Assembly (NCBI GenBank): GCA_963703285.1
Contig: OY969807.1
Coordinates: 832,001 to 896,000 of the forward strand
DNA from: an uncultured Nitrososphaerota archaeon
GTDB taxonomy: Archaea; Thermoproteota; Nitrososphaeria; Nitrososphaerales; Gagatemarchaeaceae
Reading direction: 5' to 3'
DNA length: 64,000 nucleotides
Under the pieces are notes generated by a model, which saw nothing but the letters and a program-made list of their open reading frames with translations, made no database searches and was not told the origin of the DNA. The position numbers and the translations under genes are program-made. Below, piece after piece: positions 40,612 through 50,580 of the stretch (positions within the stretch are counted from its first letter, which is position 1; each line of letters starts with the position of its first letter).

Positions 40612-42087
40612 TTGCCGAGGAAGTACAGGCAGGCGCGATGGGACGAGCCCCTGATATCGGAGCTCAGCCGTAGGGGGAGGACGGGGTTCATCCCTCCAAC
40701 GGACCCCAAGATCGAGTCCTGGAAGGAGGGGAGGGAGATAATCCCGCCCGGCCTCAGGAGGGGCGAGCTGAGACTGCCCGAGGTGGCCGAGCTGCAGGTC
40801 CTGAGGCACTTCAACAGGCTCTCGCAGATGAACTTCTCGGTGGAGACGGGGACCTACCCGCTCGGGAGCTGCACCATGAAGTACAACCCGAAGGTATCCG
40901 AGTACATCGCCGCGAGCCCCGGCATGAGGGAGGCACACCCCCTCCAGCCCGATGACACCGTGCAGGGACTCCTCGGGATATTCTACGACCTTTCCCAGAT
41001 GCTCTGCGAGATAACAGGGATGGAGAGCTTCTCGCTGACCCCGGCCGCCGGCGCGCAGGGCGAGTTCGCGGGGGTGCTGATGATCGGAAGCTACCTCCGG
41101 AACAACGGCGGGGCGCAGAGGGACGAGATACTCGTCCCGGACTCCGCGCACGGGACAAACCCGGCGAGCGCGGCGATGGGGGGCTTCAGGGTCGTCAACG
41201 TCGCTTCGGACGAGAGAGGTCTCGTCAGGGCCAGCGAGGTCTCGAAGCTCGTCTCGGGCAGAACCGCCGGCATGATGCTCACGGTCCCCAACACGCTCGG
41301 GCTCTTCGAGAGCGAGGTGAGCGACGTCTCTAGGGTCGTCCACGACGCCGGTGGGCTGATGTACTACGATGGGGCCAACATGAACGCCCTCCTCGGGAAG
41401 GCACGCCCCGGCGACATGGGGTTCGACGTTGTCCACCTCAACCTCCACAAGACGTTCGCGACTCCGCACGGGGGCGGAGGGCCGGGCGCCGGGCCGGTCG
41501 GCGTCAACGCCCGCCTGCGCGACTACCTGCCCGTCCCCGTGGTGACAAAGGGACAGGGTGGCTATCGTCTGGACTACGGGGTCCCGCGCTCCATCGGGAG
41601 GCTCAAGGGGAGCTTCGCAAACTCGGCGATACTCCTCAGGGCCTACTGCTACATCAGGCTCCTGGGCGCGGGTGGCCTCGACGACGTCTCGAGCATGTCC
41701 GTGCTGGCGGCAAACTACCTCCTCTCCAGGCTCGATCCGAACGCCTACGTCCTGCTTCAGGGCAAGGGGCTGAGGAGGAAGCACGAGGCGATAGTCTCTG
41801 TGAACGGGAGCCTCTCCGGAGGCGCGATGAAGGTGGCGAAGGCGCTTCTGGACTACGGGGTACACTCCCCGACGGTGTACTTCCCTCTCACCGTCGAGGA
41901 GGCGCTCATGATAGAGCCCACCGAGACGGAGGCTGTCGAGGCTCTCGACGAGTACGCCGACCTGCTCAACGACCTCTACGTGAAGCTCGAGCGGGGCGAA
42001 CTCGAGCACGAGCCCAAGAACACGAGCGTGGGGAGAATCGACGAGGTGAAAGCGTCGCATCCCTTATCCCTTAAGGTTAAGTGGTGA
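40612..42087 (+). CDS. gcvPB: glycine dehydrogenase subunit 2
   Basis: YPLGSCTMKYNP, AHGTNPASA, HLNLHKTFATPHGGGGPG. Confidence 0.96.
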   Translation: MPRKYRQARWDEPLISELSRRGRTGFIPPTDPKIESWKEGREIIPPGLRRGELRLPEVAELQVLRHFNRLSQMNFSVETGTYPLGSCTMKYNPKVSEYIAASPGMREAHPLQPDDTVQGLLGIFYDLSQMLCEITGMESFSLTPAAGAQGEFAGVLMIGSYLRNNGGAQRDEILVPDSAHGTNPASAAMGGFRVVNVASDERGLVRASEVSKLVSGRTAGMMLTVPNTLGLFESEVSDVSRVVHDAGGLMYYDGANMNALLGKARPGDMGFDVVHLNLHKTFATPHGGGGPGAGPVGVNARLRDYLPVPVVTKGQGGYRLDYGVPRSIGRLKGSFANSAILLRAYCYIRLLGAGGLDDVSSMSVLAANYLLSRLDPNAYVLLQGKGLRRKHEAIVSVNGSLSGGAMKVAKALLDYGVHSPTVYFPLTVEEALMIEPTETEAVEALDEYADLLNDLYVKLERGELEHEPKNTSVGRIDEVKASHPLSLKVKW

Positions 42088-42106
42088 GACCGAGGCAAGA
42101 GTGCGC

Positions 42107-42406
42107 ATGTCCGAAGATCTGGGGACCGCGGCGAAAGGAGCCATCTACGGGCTCGTCGAGGAGGAGACGGGAAGGAAGCTCGGGGAGCTCACCGTCGTGA
42201 CCGAGGTCGCAGAGGTCACGCCGGGAGTGATCAAGGTAAGGTTTACGCCCCTCTCGGCCTACAGCCCGACGGCCGTCGACCTGGGGAAGAGAATCAGGGA
42301 CGCCGCGGGGAAGGTGCAGGGGGTGACGAAGGTGGTGGTCGAATGCGACGGCCACATGCAGGACGACCTCGTCAACACGCTCGTGAATGGCCTCAAGGAA
42401 TCTTAG
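42107..42406 (+). CDS. DUF59 / FeS-assembly-like small protein
   Basis: VKFTP.S.YSP-like segment and fold-typical length. Confidence 0.55.
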   Translation: MSEDLGTAAKGAIYGLVEEETGRKLGELTVVTEVAEVTPGVIKVRFTPLSAYSPTAVDLGKRIRDAAGKVQGVTKVVVECDGHMQDDLVNTLVNGLKES

Positions 42407-42486
42407 TGAACATTCCTAAACCAATTGTGCAAGGTTTGGACTCCGAGGCTGATTAATCCGGAGGCCGTTGTAGAAAGGCTCGCAAG

Positions 42487-43503
42487 ATGTCAACCGATGG
42501 TTACGGTCAGGTTTTGGCTCTCGGCATAGGAAGCGCGGGAGCAAAGATTGTGTGCGCGCTAAGCAAGGAGACCACCCTTGTCGACAGGTTCGGTTATCTC
42601 TCCTGCGACCCCGCCGACCTGGATTCCGTGGAGGGCGGTCAGAAGATCCTCATCGACTGCCCAATCGACCAGAAGCTGACGCCTTCGATGGTGCGTGGCC
42701 TCTCGATTCCGTATCAGGACCAGATGCGCGCGATGGTGAGGGGAGCAAGGGTAGTGTTCATAGTGGCGGGCCTCGGGCGCGCCACCGGGAGCGGCCTGGC
42801 GCCCGTCGTGGCGGCGCTAGCGAGGGAGAGCGGTGCGGACACGGTGAGCATCGCGGTGATGCCGTTCGGGTTCGAGGAGAAGCTCAGGTTCTACGCGGGT
42901 CTGTCCCTCCGGAGGCTGAGGGGCGTCTCGAGGGGTGTCGTGGTCGTCGACAACGATGCGCTCCTGAAGAGCACCTCCGACGCAACACTGAAGGAGATCT
43001 ATGAGCTCGCCAACGCCGAGGCGGTCACCGCTCTGGGGTCGCTGCTCTCAAGCCGGAACGAGGACTCCATCCCGGTGGGGCTCAACAAGATCCTCGGGAC
43101 GGTCTTCCAGGACGGCTACTCCTTCCTCGGCTCGGCGACGTCCGGGTCGATCGACAAGACGGAGGAGGCCCTCTCGAGGGCCATCATCGGGATAAGCAAG
43201 AGGGCCGAGGCCAGCGAGGCGAACCACGCAGTGGTGGTCCTCACGGGAGACGCCAACCTCAAGGCGAGCGAGACGGCGATGGCGGTCAAGCGGTTGGGGT
43301 CCATGTTCGGCAACGACTCCATAGACGTGGAGTACAGCGTGAACTACGGCGGCGGGTCGCAGCTTCAGGTGAGCGTGCTCGCCTCGGGGTTCAAGGGAAC
43401 CAGGTACGATGAGTACGATCCGCTGGCGTCGCTGACGGCCATCGACGACAGCATGGACTACTCGCTCCCCTCGGGACTCGAGGGGCTGGCAACCTGCGAG
43501 TGA
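42487..43503 (+). CDS. divergent FtsZ/tubulin-family protein
   Basis: LGIGSAG, AGLGRATGSG, MPFGFE, VDND. Confidence 0.85.
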   Translation: MSTDGYGQVLALGIGSAGAKIVCALSKETTLVDRFGYLSCDPADLDSVEGGQKILIDCPIDQKLTPSMVRGLSIPYQDQMRAMVRGARVVFIVAGLGRATGSGLAPVVAALARESGADTVSIAVMPFGFEEKLRFYAGLSLRRLRGVSRGVVVVDNDALLKSTSDATLKEIYELANAEAVTALGSLLSSRNEDSIPVGLNKILGTVFQDGYSFLGSATSGSIDKTEEALSRAIIGISKRAEASEANHAVVVLTGDANLKASETAMAVKRLGSMFGNDSIDVEYSVNYGGGSQLQVSVLASGFKGTRYDEYDPLASLTAIDDSMDYSLPSGLEGLATCE

Positions 43504-43515
43504 GCCGTATCGCCG

Positions 43516-45213
43516 CTACCTGAAGTAGTCCTTCGCATCCGTACTGCGCGTAACTACCGACCTGATCCTCTCGATCTCGGGCTTCTCGAGCTTCCGGAAG
43601 AGGATCTCCGGCTTCTCTATCTGGACGCGGGGGAGGGGCGAGCGGATGGAATCCCAGGTGGGGGTCCCCGGGATCTTCAGGAAGGCGAGGATTCTCTGCG
43701 ACGCGGAGGGGAGGTAGGGGTTCAGGACGACGGCGAGGGTCCTGCAGACGCTCACGCAGGAGTAGATCACGCGCTTGCACCTTTCGGGGTCCTGCTTGAT
43801 CAGCACCCACGGCTGGGTGCGCTGGAAGTACTCGTTCCCGAGGGTCGATATCTGGAGGATGCTCTTCATGGCGTCGCGTAGCCTGACCTCCCGCAGCGCC
43901 TCGTCCGCCTTCTCGACCTCTGCGAGGACCTCCCGCTGGAGCTCGGTCTCCTCGTCCCCGAGGTCCGTTGGCTCGATGGTCCCGCCGAGGAAGTTCGCGG
44001 CGAAGGTGAGCGTCCTGTGGACGAAGTTCCCGATGTTGGCGACGAGTTCGTTGTTGACCCTGCTCTCGAACTCGTCCCACTTGAATTCTGTGTCCTTCGT
44101 CTCAGGGATGAGGTAGGTTAGGTAGTACCGCCAGATGTCGGGATCGAGTCCCGACTCGATGACCTTCTCGCAGAATATCCCCCAGTTCCTGGACTTTGAG
44201 ATCTTGTCGCCTTCGTAGTTGCAGTACTGGAGCCCGACGACGTCGTAGGGCAGGTTCAAGCCCCCGTGGGCCATCAGCATCCCCGGCCAGAAGATGGTGT
44301 GGAAGGGGATGTTGTCCTTCCCGAGGAAGTTGTAGACCTGCGTGTCCGGGTCGAGCCAGTAGGGCTTCCAGCCCTCTGAATCTCCAGACCTCTCCGCCCA
44401 CTCCTTCGTCGACGAGATGTAGCCGATCGGGGCGTCGAACCAGACGTAGAAGATCTTGTCCCTGTAGCCGTCGAGCGGGACGGGGACCCCCCACTTCAGG
44501 TCCCTCGTGATGGACCGCTTCCTGAGCCCCTCCTTGATCCACGCCAGAGCGAGCGAGGTGACCTGCCTCCTCCAGTACTCCTTGGAGGCGATCCAGCTCT
44601 CGAGGCCGCCCTCCAGCTTCTCCAGCTCGAGGAAGAGGTTCTCGCTGTCCCTGAAGACCGGCGTGCTCCCGTCGATCTTGCACCTGGGGTTGATGAGCTG
44701 GTTAGGTTCCAGGAGCGTCGCGCAGTTCTCGCACTGATCGCCGCGGGCGAACTCGTATCCGCAGACGGGGCAGGTCCCCACGACGTACCTGTCCGCGAGG
44801 AAGAGCTTGTCGTTCTCGCAGTAGGGGAGCCTCATCGTCCCGGACGTGATGAACCCCTTCTCGTAGATCTTCAGGAAGAAGTCCTGGGTCGTCCTGTGGT
44901 GGACCGGGAGGGAGGTCCTCGAGAAGTTGTCGTAGGATATCTCGAACCAGTCGTAGATGCGCTTGTGGACCGCGTAGAAGACGTCGGTGAGCCTCCTGGT
45001 CGAGACCTTCAGCTCCAGGGCCGCCACCTCCGTCGGGGTCCCGTTCTCGTCGGCGCCGCCTATAAGCAGGGTCTCGTAGTCCTTCAACCTGCAGTACCTT
45101 GCGAAGATGTCCGCCGGGAGGTGCGAACCGACTATGTTTCCGACGTGGGGCACCGCGTTGGTGTACGGCAGGGCGCAGAGGACAAGGACGCGCCTCCGCT
45201 TCTCGTCAGGCAA
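43516..45213 (-). CDS. metG: methionyl-tRNA synthetase
   Basis: ALPY...HVGN, Zn knuckles, YVWFDA, GKDN, KISKS. Confidence 0.96.
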   Translation of the reverse strand: MPDEKRRRVLVLCALPYTNAVPHVGNIVGSHLPADIFARYCRLKDYETLLIGGADENGTPTEVAALELKVSTRRLTDVFYAVHKRIYDWFEISYDNFSRTSLPVHHRTTQDFFLKIYEKGFITSGTMRLPYCENDKLFLADRYVVGTCPVCGYEFARGDQCENCATLLEPNQLINPRCKIDGSTPVFRDSENLFLELEKLEGGLESWIASKEYWRRQVTSLALAWIKEGLRKRSITRDLKWGVPVPLDGYRDKIFYVWFDAPIGYISSTKEWAERSGDSEGWKPYWLDPDTQVYNFLGKDNIPFHTIFWPGMLMAHGGLNLPYDVVGLQYCNYEGDKISKSRNWGIFCEKVIESGLDPDIWRYYLTYLIPETKDTEFKWDEFESRVNNELVANIGNFVHRTLTFAANFLGGTIEPTDLGDEETELQREVLAEVEKADEALREVRLRDAMKSILQISTLGNEYFQRTQPWVLIKQDPERCKRVIYSCVSVCRTLAVVLNPYLPSASQRILAFLKIPGTPTWDSIRSPLPRVQIEKPEILFRKLEKPEIERIRSVVTRSTDAKDYFR

Positions 45214-45228
45214 TCGTTATCCTCCGGC

Positions 45229-46491
45229 CTATATCTTCCAGCTCTCCGCATACTTGAGCTGCGCCCTCGTCTGCTTGTCAATCGTGATTCCGAGAGACTC
45301 TAGGGTCGCGGCGGCCACCTGCGCCTCGATCTCCGGAGGGACGTCCAGTACCCTGCTGGGAAGGCTCGAGTGGTTCTTCAGGACGTAGAGCGCGGACATG
45401 AACTGGTTGGCGAAGGACATCTGCATCACCTCAGGGGGGTGGCCTTCGGCCGCGACCAGGTTTACGATTCTGCCCTTGGCGAGGAGGTAGACCTTCCTTC
45501 CGCTGGGCAGGACCACTTCGTCAACGTTCGGCCTCACCTCCCGCACCGACTTGGCCATGCTCAGGAGCGTCTTCACGTCTATCTCCACGTCGAAGTGGCC
45601 GGCGTTGCAGAGTATCGCGCCTTCGTTCATGAGTTCGATCGAGGAGTACGGGATGACGTCCTTCATCCCCGTGCACGTCACGAAGATCTCGCCTCGTGCG
45701 GCGGCCTCGTGTATGGGAAGCACTTCGAAGCCGTCGAGGTGGGCCTCGAGCGCCTTTATGGGGTCCGTCTCGACGACGATGACCCGCCCGCCGAGTCCCG
45801 CCGCCCTCCTCGCGACGCCCTTGCCGACCCAGCCGTAGCCGACCACGACGATCTTCTTTCCCGCTATGAGCAGCGCCGTCGCCCTGAGTATCCCGTCGAA
45901 GGTGCTCTGCCCCGTCCCGTAGCGGTTGTCGAAGAGGTGCTTTGTCTTGGCGTTGTTGATGGCAATGATGGGATAGCCCAGCTTGCCCTCCTTCTCGAGC
46001 GCCATGATCCTCACAACGCCCGTGGTAGTCTCCTCGCATCCACCGAGGGCACCGTCGAACCCGGCGTTCATCGCCGCGACGTGGAGGTCTGCGCCGTCGT
46101 CGATCAGGATCTCTGGTTTCTTCGAGAGGACCTGCTTTATGCACCACTCGTACTCCTTGGCGGTCTCTCCCTTCCAGGCCCAGACCTCGGCCTCCCGCGA
46201 GAGGTAGGCGGCGATGTCATCCTGGGTGGAGAGAGGGTTGGCGGCCGCGAGTTTGACGTCGGCACCGGCCCTCACCAGCGCGTCAATCAGCACGGACGTC
46301 TCCTTCGTTACGTGGAGGCAGACGCCCAGGGTGATGCCCTGCAGCGGTCTTCCCCTGCCGTACTTTCCGGAGAGGGTCTCGAGAGCGACCATGTGGTCCC
46401 TCGCCCAGAGGAAGTTCTTCTCCCCCGCCTGGGCGAGTCTAGGGTCGGCGATTTTTCCCATTGCGATTCGGGCCTCCGGAGCGTCGACCAC
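45229..46491 (-). CDS. ahcY: adenosylhomocysteinase
   Basis: EETTTGV, KHLFDNRYGTGQS, GYGWVGKG, AGHFDVEI. Confidence 0.96.
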   Translation of the reverse strand: MVDAPEARIAMGKIADPRLAQAGEKNFLWARDHMVALETLSGKYGRGRPLQGITLGVCLHVTKETSVLIDALVRAGADVKLAAANPLSTQDDIAAYLSREAEVWAWKGETAKEYEWCIKQVLSKKPEILIDDGADLHVAAMNAGFDGALGGCEETTTGVVRIMALEKEGKLGYPIIAINNAKTKHLFDNRYGTGQSTFDGILRATALLIAGKKIVVVGYGWVGKGVARRAAGLGGRVIVVETDPIKALEAHLDGFEVLPIHEAAARGEIFVTCTGMKDVIPYSSIELMNEGAILCNAGHFDVEIDVKTLLSMAKSVREVRPNVDEVVLPSGRKVYLLAKGRIVNLVAAEGHPPEVMQMSFANQFMSALYVLKNHSSLPSRVLDVPPEIEAQVAAATLESLGITIDKQTRAQLKYAESWKI

Positions 46492-46493
46492 TA

Positions 46494-47243
46494 TTAAAAG
46501 CGATTAGACGCTACAGCACGCTCGATTATCCTCTCGACTCTCGGGGCGGCGAGCGCCATCAGGGCGACGACCTCTTCGTGGGATACCCTCTCCTGCATCC
46601 CGGCGGCCCAGTTGGTCGCGATGACGATGGACGCGTATCGGATCCCGAGCTCGTTGGCGAGTATCGCTTCTGGCGCTCCGGTCATGCCGACGACGTCTGC
46701 TCCAAGAAGGCCGAACATCCGTATCTCGGCTGCCGTCTCGTAGCGCGGACCGTCGACGGACGCGTAGACGAGGCCGGTCGTGAGCCGCTCCCCCACCTTG
46801 TCGGCTGCGGAGAGGATGGCGCGCTGCAGGCCGCCGTCGTAGGGGTTGGTCATGTCGACGTGCACCGGCCGCTCTTCGAAGAAGGTGACGTGGCGTTTCG
46901 AGAGGTCGATGAACTGGTCCAGCAGCCCCATCTCCCCAAGGATCAGCCTCCCGCTGATCGAGCCCACCGCTGAGGTGGCGATGATGGCGCCGACGCCGAG
47001 CGCCTTCAGAGCCTGGAGGTTGGCCTTGAAGTTGACGAGGTGAGGCGGGACGGAGTGGTCGGTGCCGTGCCGTGGCATGAAGAAGAACGTGCGGCCCTTC
47101 GTCGCGATTCCGTAGACGGTCGCCGAACCGTACGGTGTCGCGATGTCAGACTTCTCCTCGAGCGGAAAGAGGCGCTCCATGCCGCTGCCGGCGATGACTG
47201 CGATGGGAGCCTCTGGGCGCGCTCGAGCGCGACCGCCCTTCAG
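46494..47243 (-). CDS. MTAP-family purine nucleoside phosphorylase (paralog 2)
   Basis: IAVIAGSG, PRHG, GPRYETAAE, VGMT, TNWAAG; start inferred at CTG. Confidence 0.9.
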   Translation of the reverse strand: MKGGRARARPEAPIAVIAGSGMERLFPLEEKSDIATPYGSATVYGIATKGRTFFFMPRHGTDHSVPPHLVNFKANLQALKALGVGAIIATSAVGSISGRLILGEMGLLDQFIDLSKRHVTFFEERPVHVDMTNPYDGGLQRAILSAADKVGERLTTGLVYASVDGPRYETAAEIRMFGLLGADVVGMTGAPEAILANELGIRYASIVIATNWAAGMQERVSHEEVVALMALAAPRVERIIERAVASNRF

Positions 47244-47246
47244 GGT

Positions 47247-47792
47247 TCACTCAGCCTCGGAGGCGTACCGTACCAGCGAGAATACCTCGTGGCCGGCCAG
47301 CTTCTCCCGCCCATGAAGGAACTCGAGCTCGACGACGAAGGCGAGCCCCACGACCTTTCCGCCCAGCCTCTCGACCATCTTGGAGACGGCCAGCGCAGTC
47401 CCGGCGGTCGCCATCAGGTCGTCCACGATCAGGACCCGTTCCCCCGGGCTCACCGAGTCCTTGTGCATCTCCAGGCCGTCGGTTCGGTATTCGAGCAGGT
47501 ACTCCTCCGAGACCGTCTCCCCGGGCAGCTTGCCCAGCTTCCGCGCTGGTATGAAGCCGACCCCGAACCGCTCGGCCAAGAGCGCCCCGAAGACGAAGCC
47601 CCGGGCCTCGATTCCGAGGACCTTGTCGACCTGCCTGTCCTTGAAGTGGGCGTAGATGGCGTCGACGGACAATCTCAGGAGGACCGGGTCCTTCCACAGC
47701 GTCGTGATGTCGCGGAAGATTATGCCCTTGGTGGGGAAGTCCGGAATCCTCCGGATGGAGCTCTTCATCCTGCTCTCGAGGGCCTCGTCCAT
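47247..47792 (-). CDS. apt: adenine phosphoribosyltransferase
   Basis: IPDFPTKGIIFRDIT, EARGF, RKLGKLP, VDDLMATAGT. Confidence 0.95.
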   Translation of the reverse strand: MDEALESRMKSSIRRIPDFPTKGIIFRDITTLWKDPVLLRLSVDAIYAHFKDRQVDKVLGIEARGFVFGALLAERFGVGFIPARKLGKLPGETVSEEYLLEYRTDGLEMHKDSVSPGERVLIVDDLMATAGTALAVSKMVERLGGKVVGLAFVVELEFLHGREKLAGHEVFSLVRYASEAE

Positions 47793-48595
47793 CAGGCGCT
47801 CAGCCTCGCGTGCTCCAGCGACGACCCGCATCCGCACGAGCGCTTCTCGGGGATGCGGGGTATCATCTCCATTATGAGGCTCCTGAGGCTCTCCAGGTTC
47901 TGATTGAAGATCTTGATGACGTCCTCGTGGGAGACGGGCCTGACGCTCGGGTCGCCCTCCAGGCCCGAGTCGTAGTCCGTGACGAGGGAGATGTTGACGT
48001 AGCACATCTCGAGTTCCCTGGCGAGGACCACCTCCGGGTACTGCGTCATGTTGATGACGTCCCACCCCTGCTTCCTGAAGAACCGGCTCTCGGACCTGGT
48101 GGAGAAGCGAGGTCCCTGTATCACGACGACCGTCCCTCTGGGGTGGAAGGCAATCCCGAGCTTCTCGGCGGCCTCTATGGCTATGCTCCTGAGCTCCGGA
48201 CAGTAGGGGTCCGCCGCGCTGATGTGCGTCGTCTCGGGTCCGTCGTAGTAGGTGTCCCTCCTGCCAGTCGTGAAGTTCACGAACTGGTCGCAGATCACGA
48301 ACTCCCCCGGCTTCTTCTCGGGGTCGAGGCCCCCCACCGCGCAGGGGCCGATCACCCGCTCCACGCCCACCTGCTTGAAAGCCGCGAGGTTGGCCCTGTA
48401 GGGGACCATGTGGGGCGGGTACTGGTGGTTTTCACCGTGCCTCGGGATGAACGCGATACCCCGTGACCCGATCGTCGAGAACTTCAGGGAGGAGCTAGGA
48501 TTCCCGTAGGGTGTCTCCACCTCGATTTCCTCGTAATCCTTGAGGAATTTGTAGAATCCGGACCCTCCGAAGACACCCAGACTCGCCCGTCTCAC
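47792..48595 (-). CDS. mtnP: S-methyl-5'-thioadenosine phosphorylase
   Basis: GGSG, PRHG, GPRFSTRSES, NMT, VTDYD, C-terminal CGC. Confidence 0.92.
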   Translation of the reverse strand: MRRASLGVFGGSGFYKFLKDYEEIEVETPYGNPSSSLKFSTIGSRGIAFIPRHGENHQYPPHMVPYRANLAAFKQVGVERVIGPCAVGGLDPEKKPGEFVICDQFVNFTTGRRDTYYDGPETTHISAADPYCPELRSIAIEAAEKLGIAFHPRGTVVVIQGPRFSTRSESRFFRKQGWDVINMTQYPEVVLARELEMCYVNISLVTDYDSGLEGDPSVRPVSHEDVIKIFNQNLESLRSLIMEMIPRIPEKRSCGCGSSLEHARLSA

Positions 48596-48750
48596 AATCG
48601 GGCCTCCGAGAGCCAGTGCTTAAAATCTTTGAATGCCCGAGGCGGTCAGAGAAACCGAGCAATCCTACAGCAGAAGCCCCGAAGTCACCTCTCAGTCCAA
48701 CGGGGATGTAACAGAACTTTGAAATAGTCGCAGGGGAGGCGAAAAAACGG

Positions 48751-49167
48751 ATGAGCAGACAGTACGACGAGCTCCTTTCACGGGCGCAGGCCGGCTTGGA
48801 GAAGATCTCGACGAAGTCTTCGTTGAACAGGCTGGAACTCCCCGAGCCGCAGGTGATATGGGTGGGCAAGAAGACCATCCTAAGGAACTACTCGGAGTTC
48901 CCGAAGCTCTTCAGGAGGGACCCCGACAGGGTCCTGATGTACCTCGCGAAGGAGCTTGCGACCGCGGCGTCCATCGACGGGGAGAGGGCGATTTTCATCG
49001 GAAGGAAGGACAAGCAATCGTTCATGCAGCTCTTCCAGAAGTACATGTCCGACAACGTCACTTGCCCCGTCTGCGGCAGCCCGGACACCCGAATCGAGAC
49101 GGTCAGCAGGCTCCACTTCCGCGTCTGCGAGGCCTGCGGCGCAAGGTCTTCAGCCAAGGTAAACTAA
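48751..49167 (+). CDS. eif2b: translation initiation factor 2 beta subunit
   Basis: KELAT, CPVCGSPDT, CEACGA. Confidence 0.93.
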   Translation: MSRQYDELLSRAQAGLEKISTKSSLNRLELPEPQVIWVGKKTILRNYSEFPKLFRRDPDRVLMYLAKELATAASIDGERAIFIGRKDKQSFMQLFQKYMSDNVTCPVCGSPDTRIETVSRLHFRVCEACGARSSAKVN

Positions 49168-49168
49168 G

Positions 49169-49480
49169 ATGTCTGAGGGGGGCCTCTCGGTCAGGAGCAT
49201 AAGCTGGAAGGACACGACCCTGATCAACATCTGCGACGTCGACCTGATCGGGAAGACGCTGAGCGAGGGGAAGCTACAGATGCACATCTCCCGGGACTAC
49301 TTCGGCGGGCAGGTCGTCGACAGCGAGGAGGCGCTCCAGATGATGAAGCAGTCGTCGATAATCAGCCTGGCGGGCCAGAGGGCGGTGGAGATCGCGCTGG
49401 CCAACAAGCTCGGCGCGGAGCAGGCCGTGAGGCGCATAGCAGGCGTCCCCTTCCTTATGATCTACAAGTTCTCTTACTGA
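49169..49480 (+). CDS. DUF424 family protein
   Basis: [19 protein letters not shown]. Confidence 0.88.
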   Translation: MSEGGLSVRSISWKDTTLINICDVDLIGKTLSEGKLQMHISRDYFGGQVVDSEEALQMMKQSSIISLAGQRAVEIALANKLGAEQAVRRIAGVPFLMIYKFSY

Positions 49481-50568
49481 AGCTTGCCTTCCTGCTGGAC
49501 CTTCCGCAAGAGGTCCTTCTGCTTCCCGTTCAGGCTCTTGGGGACGAAGACGTCGGCGACCACGTACTCGTCGCCTGACCCGCGCTGCCCCAGCTTCGGC
49601 ATGCCCTTGCCCTTGATCCGGAAGGTCGCGCCTGGCTGGGTGCCTGAGGGCACCTCAAGATTGACGTCGCCGTAGAGGGTCGGCACCCGGACGCTCGTCC
49701 CGAGCATCGCGTCGACGGCGCTCAAGCGGGTACGTGTGTAGAGGTCGGCATCCCTCCTCTTGTAGACCGGGTGCTCCGGTATCTGGATCACGACGTAGAG
49801 GTCGCCGGGAGGCGTCCCCCTCGGGCCCGCTTCCCCCTCACCCCTGAGGCGGAGCGTGTGCCCGTCCTCCACCCCTGCGGGTATCTCGATGCGGAGCTTC
49901 CTCGTCCGGTTCACGATGCCCTTCCCCCTGCACTCCTTGCACGGGGAGTCGATTATCGACCCCCTTCCGCCGCACTTCCCGCAGGTCTCGAGGCGGATGA
50001 AGCGGGCGAAGCCCGCGTTCTGGGTCCGCTGAACCTGCCCGGATCCGCCGCACTGGGGGCAGGTTCGAGGCGAGGTCCCGGGGGAGGCCCCGCTCCCGCC
50101 GCAGACGGGACACACCTCGCTCCTGGGTATCTCGACCTCCCGGTAGGAATCCTTGACGGCGTCCTCGAGGCGCATCTGGACGCGGAGCGAGAGGTCGTTG
50201 CCCTTCCGTGGAGCTCGCCTGCCTCCGCCGCCGAAGAACTGACTGAAGATGTCGTCGAAACCGCCGAAGCCCGTTCCCCTGAACACGTCCGAGAAGTCGG
50301 TTCCCCTGAAGATGTCCTCCTCTGAGCCATACCGCTGGTAGACGCCCTCCTTGCCGTAGGCGTCGTACTGCTTCCGCTTGTCGTCGTCCGAGAGGACCGC
50401 GTAGGCCTCGGATATCTGCTTGAACCTCTCCTCGGCGCCCGGGTCCTTGTTCCTGTCCGGGTGGTACTGCAGGGCGAGCTTCCTGTAGGCGGCCTTGATC
50501 TCGTCCTTTGAGGAGCTCCTCTGGACCCCTAGGATCTGATAGAAATCCTGGGAGGAGGAGCTACTCAT
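49474..50568 (-). CDS. dnaJ: chaperone DnaJ
   Basis: HPD J-domain, G/F region, four CxxCxGxG repeats. Confidence 0.97.
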   Translation of the reverse strand: MSSSSSQDFYQILGVQRSSSKDEIKAAYRKLALQYHPDRNKDPGAEERFKQISEAYAVLSDDDKRKQYDAYGKEGVYQRYGSEEDIFRGTDFSDVFRGTGFGGFDDIFSQFFGGGGRRAPRKGNDLSLRVQMRLEDAVKDSYREVEIPRSEVCPVCGGSGASPGTSPRTCPQCGGSGQVQRTQNAGFARFIRLETCGKCGGRGSIIDSPCKECRGKGIVNRTRKLRIEIPAGVEDGHTLRLRGEGEAGPRGTPPGDLYVVIQIPEHPVYKRRDADLYTRTRLSAVDAMLGTSVRVPTLYGDVNLEVPSGTQPGATFRIKGKGMPKLGQRGSGDEYVVADVFVPKSLNGKQKDLLRKVQQEGKLQ

Positions 50569-50580
50569 GCAGTCCGGCGC

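Noticed and set aside
39313-42060. 915-aa minus-strand ORF and similar long antisense ORFs (e.g. 51202-52536, 55767-57344, 45370-46497)
   Set aside because: Shadow frames of GC-rich, codon-biased genes (gcvP, dnaK, top6B, ahcY) with no motifs of their own.
43516-48595. metG-ahcY-MTAP-apt-mtnP cluster as a novel pathway
   Set aside because: Ordinary SAM-recycling and purine-salvage genes; two MTAP-family paralogs are common in archaea.
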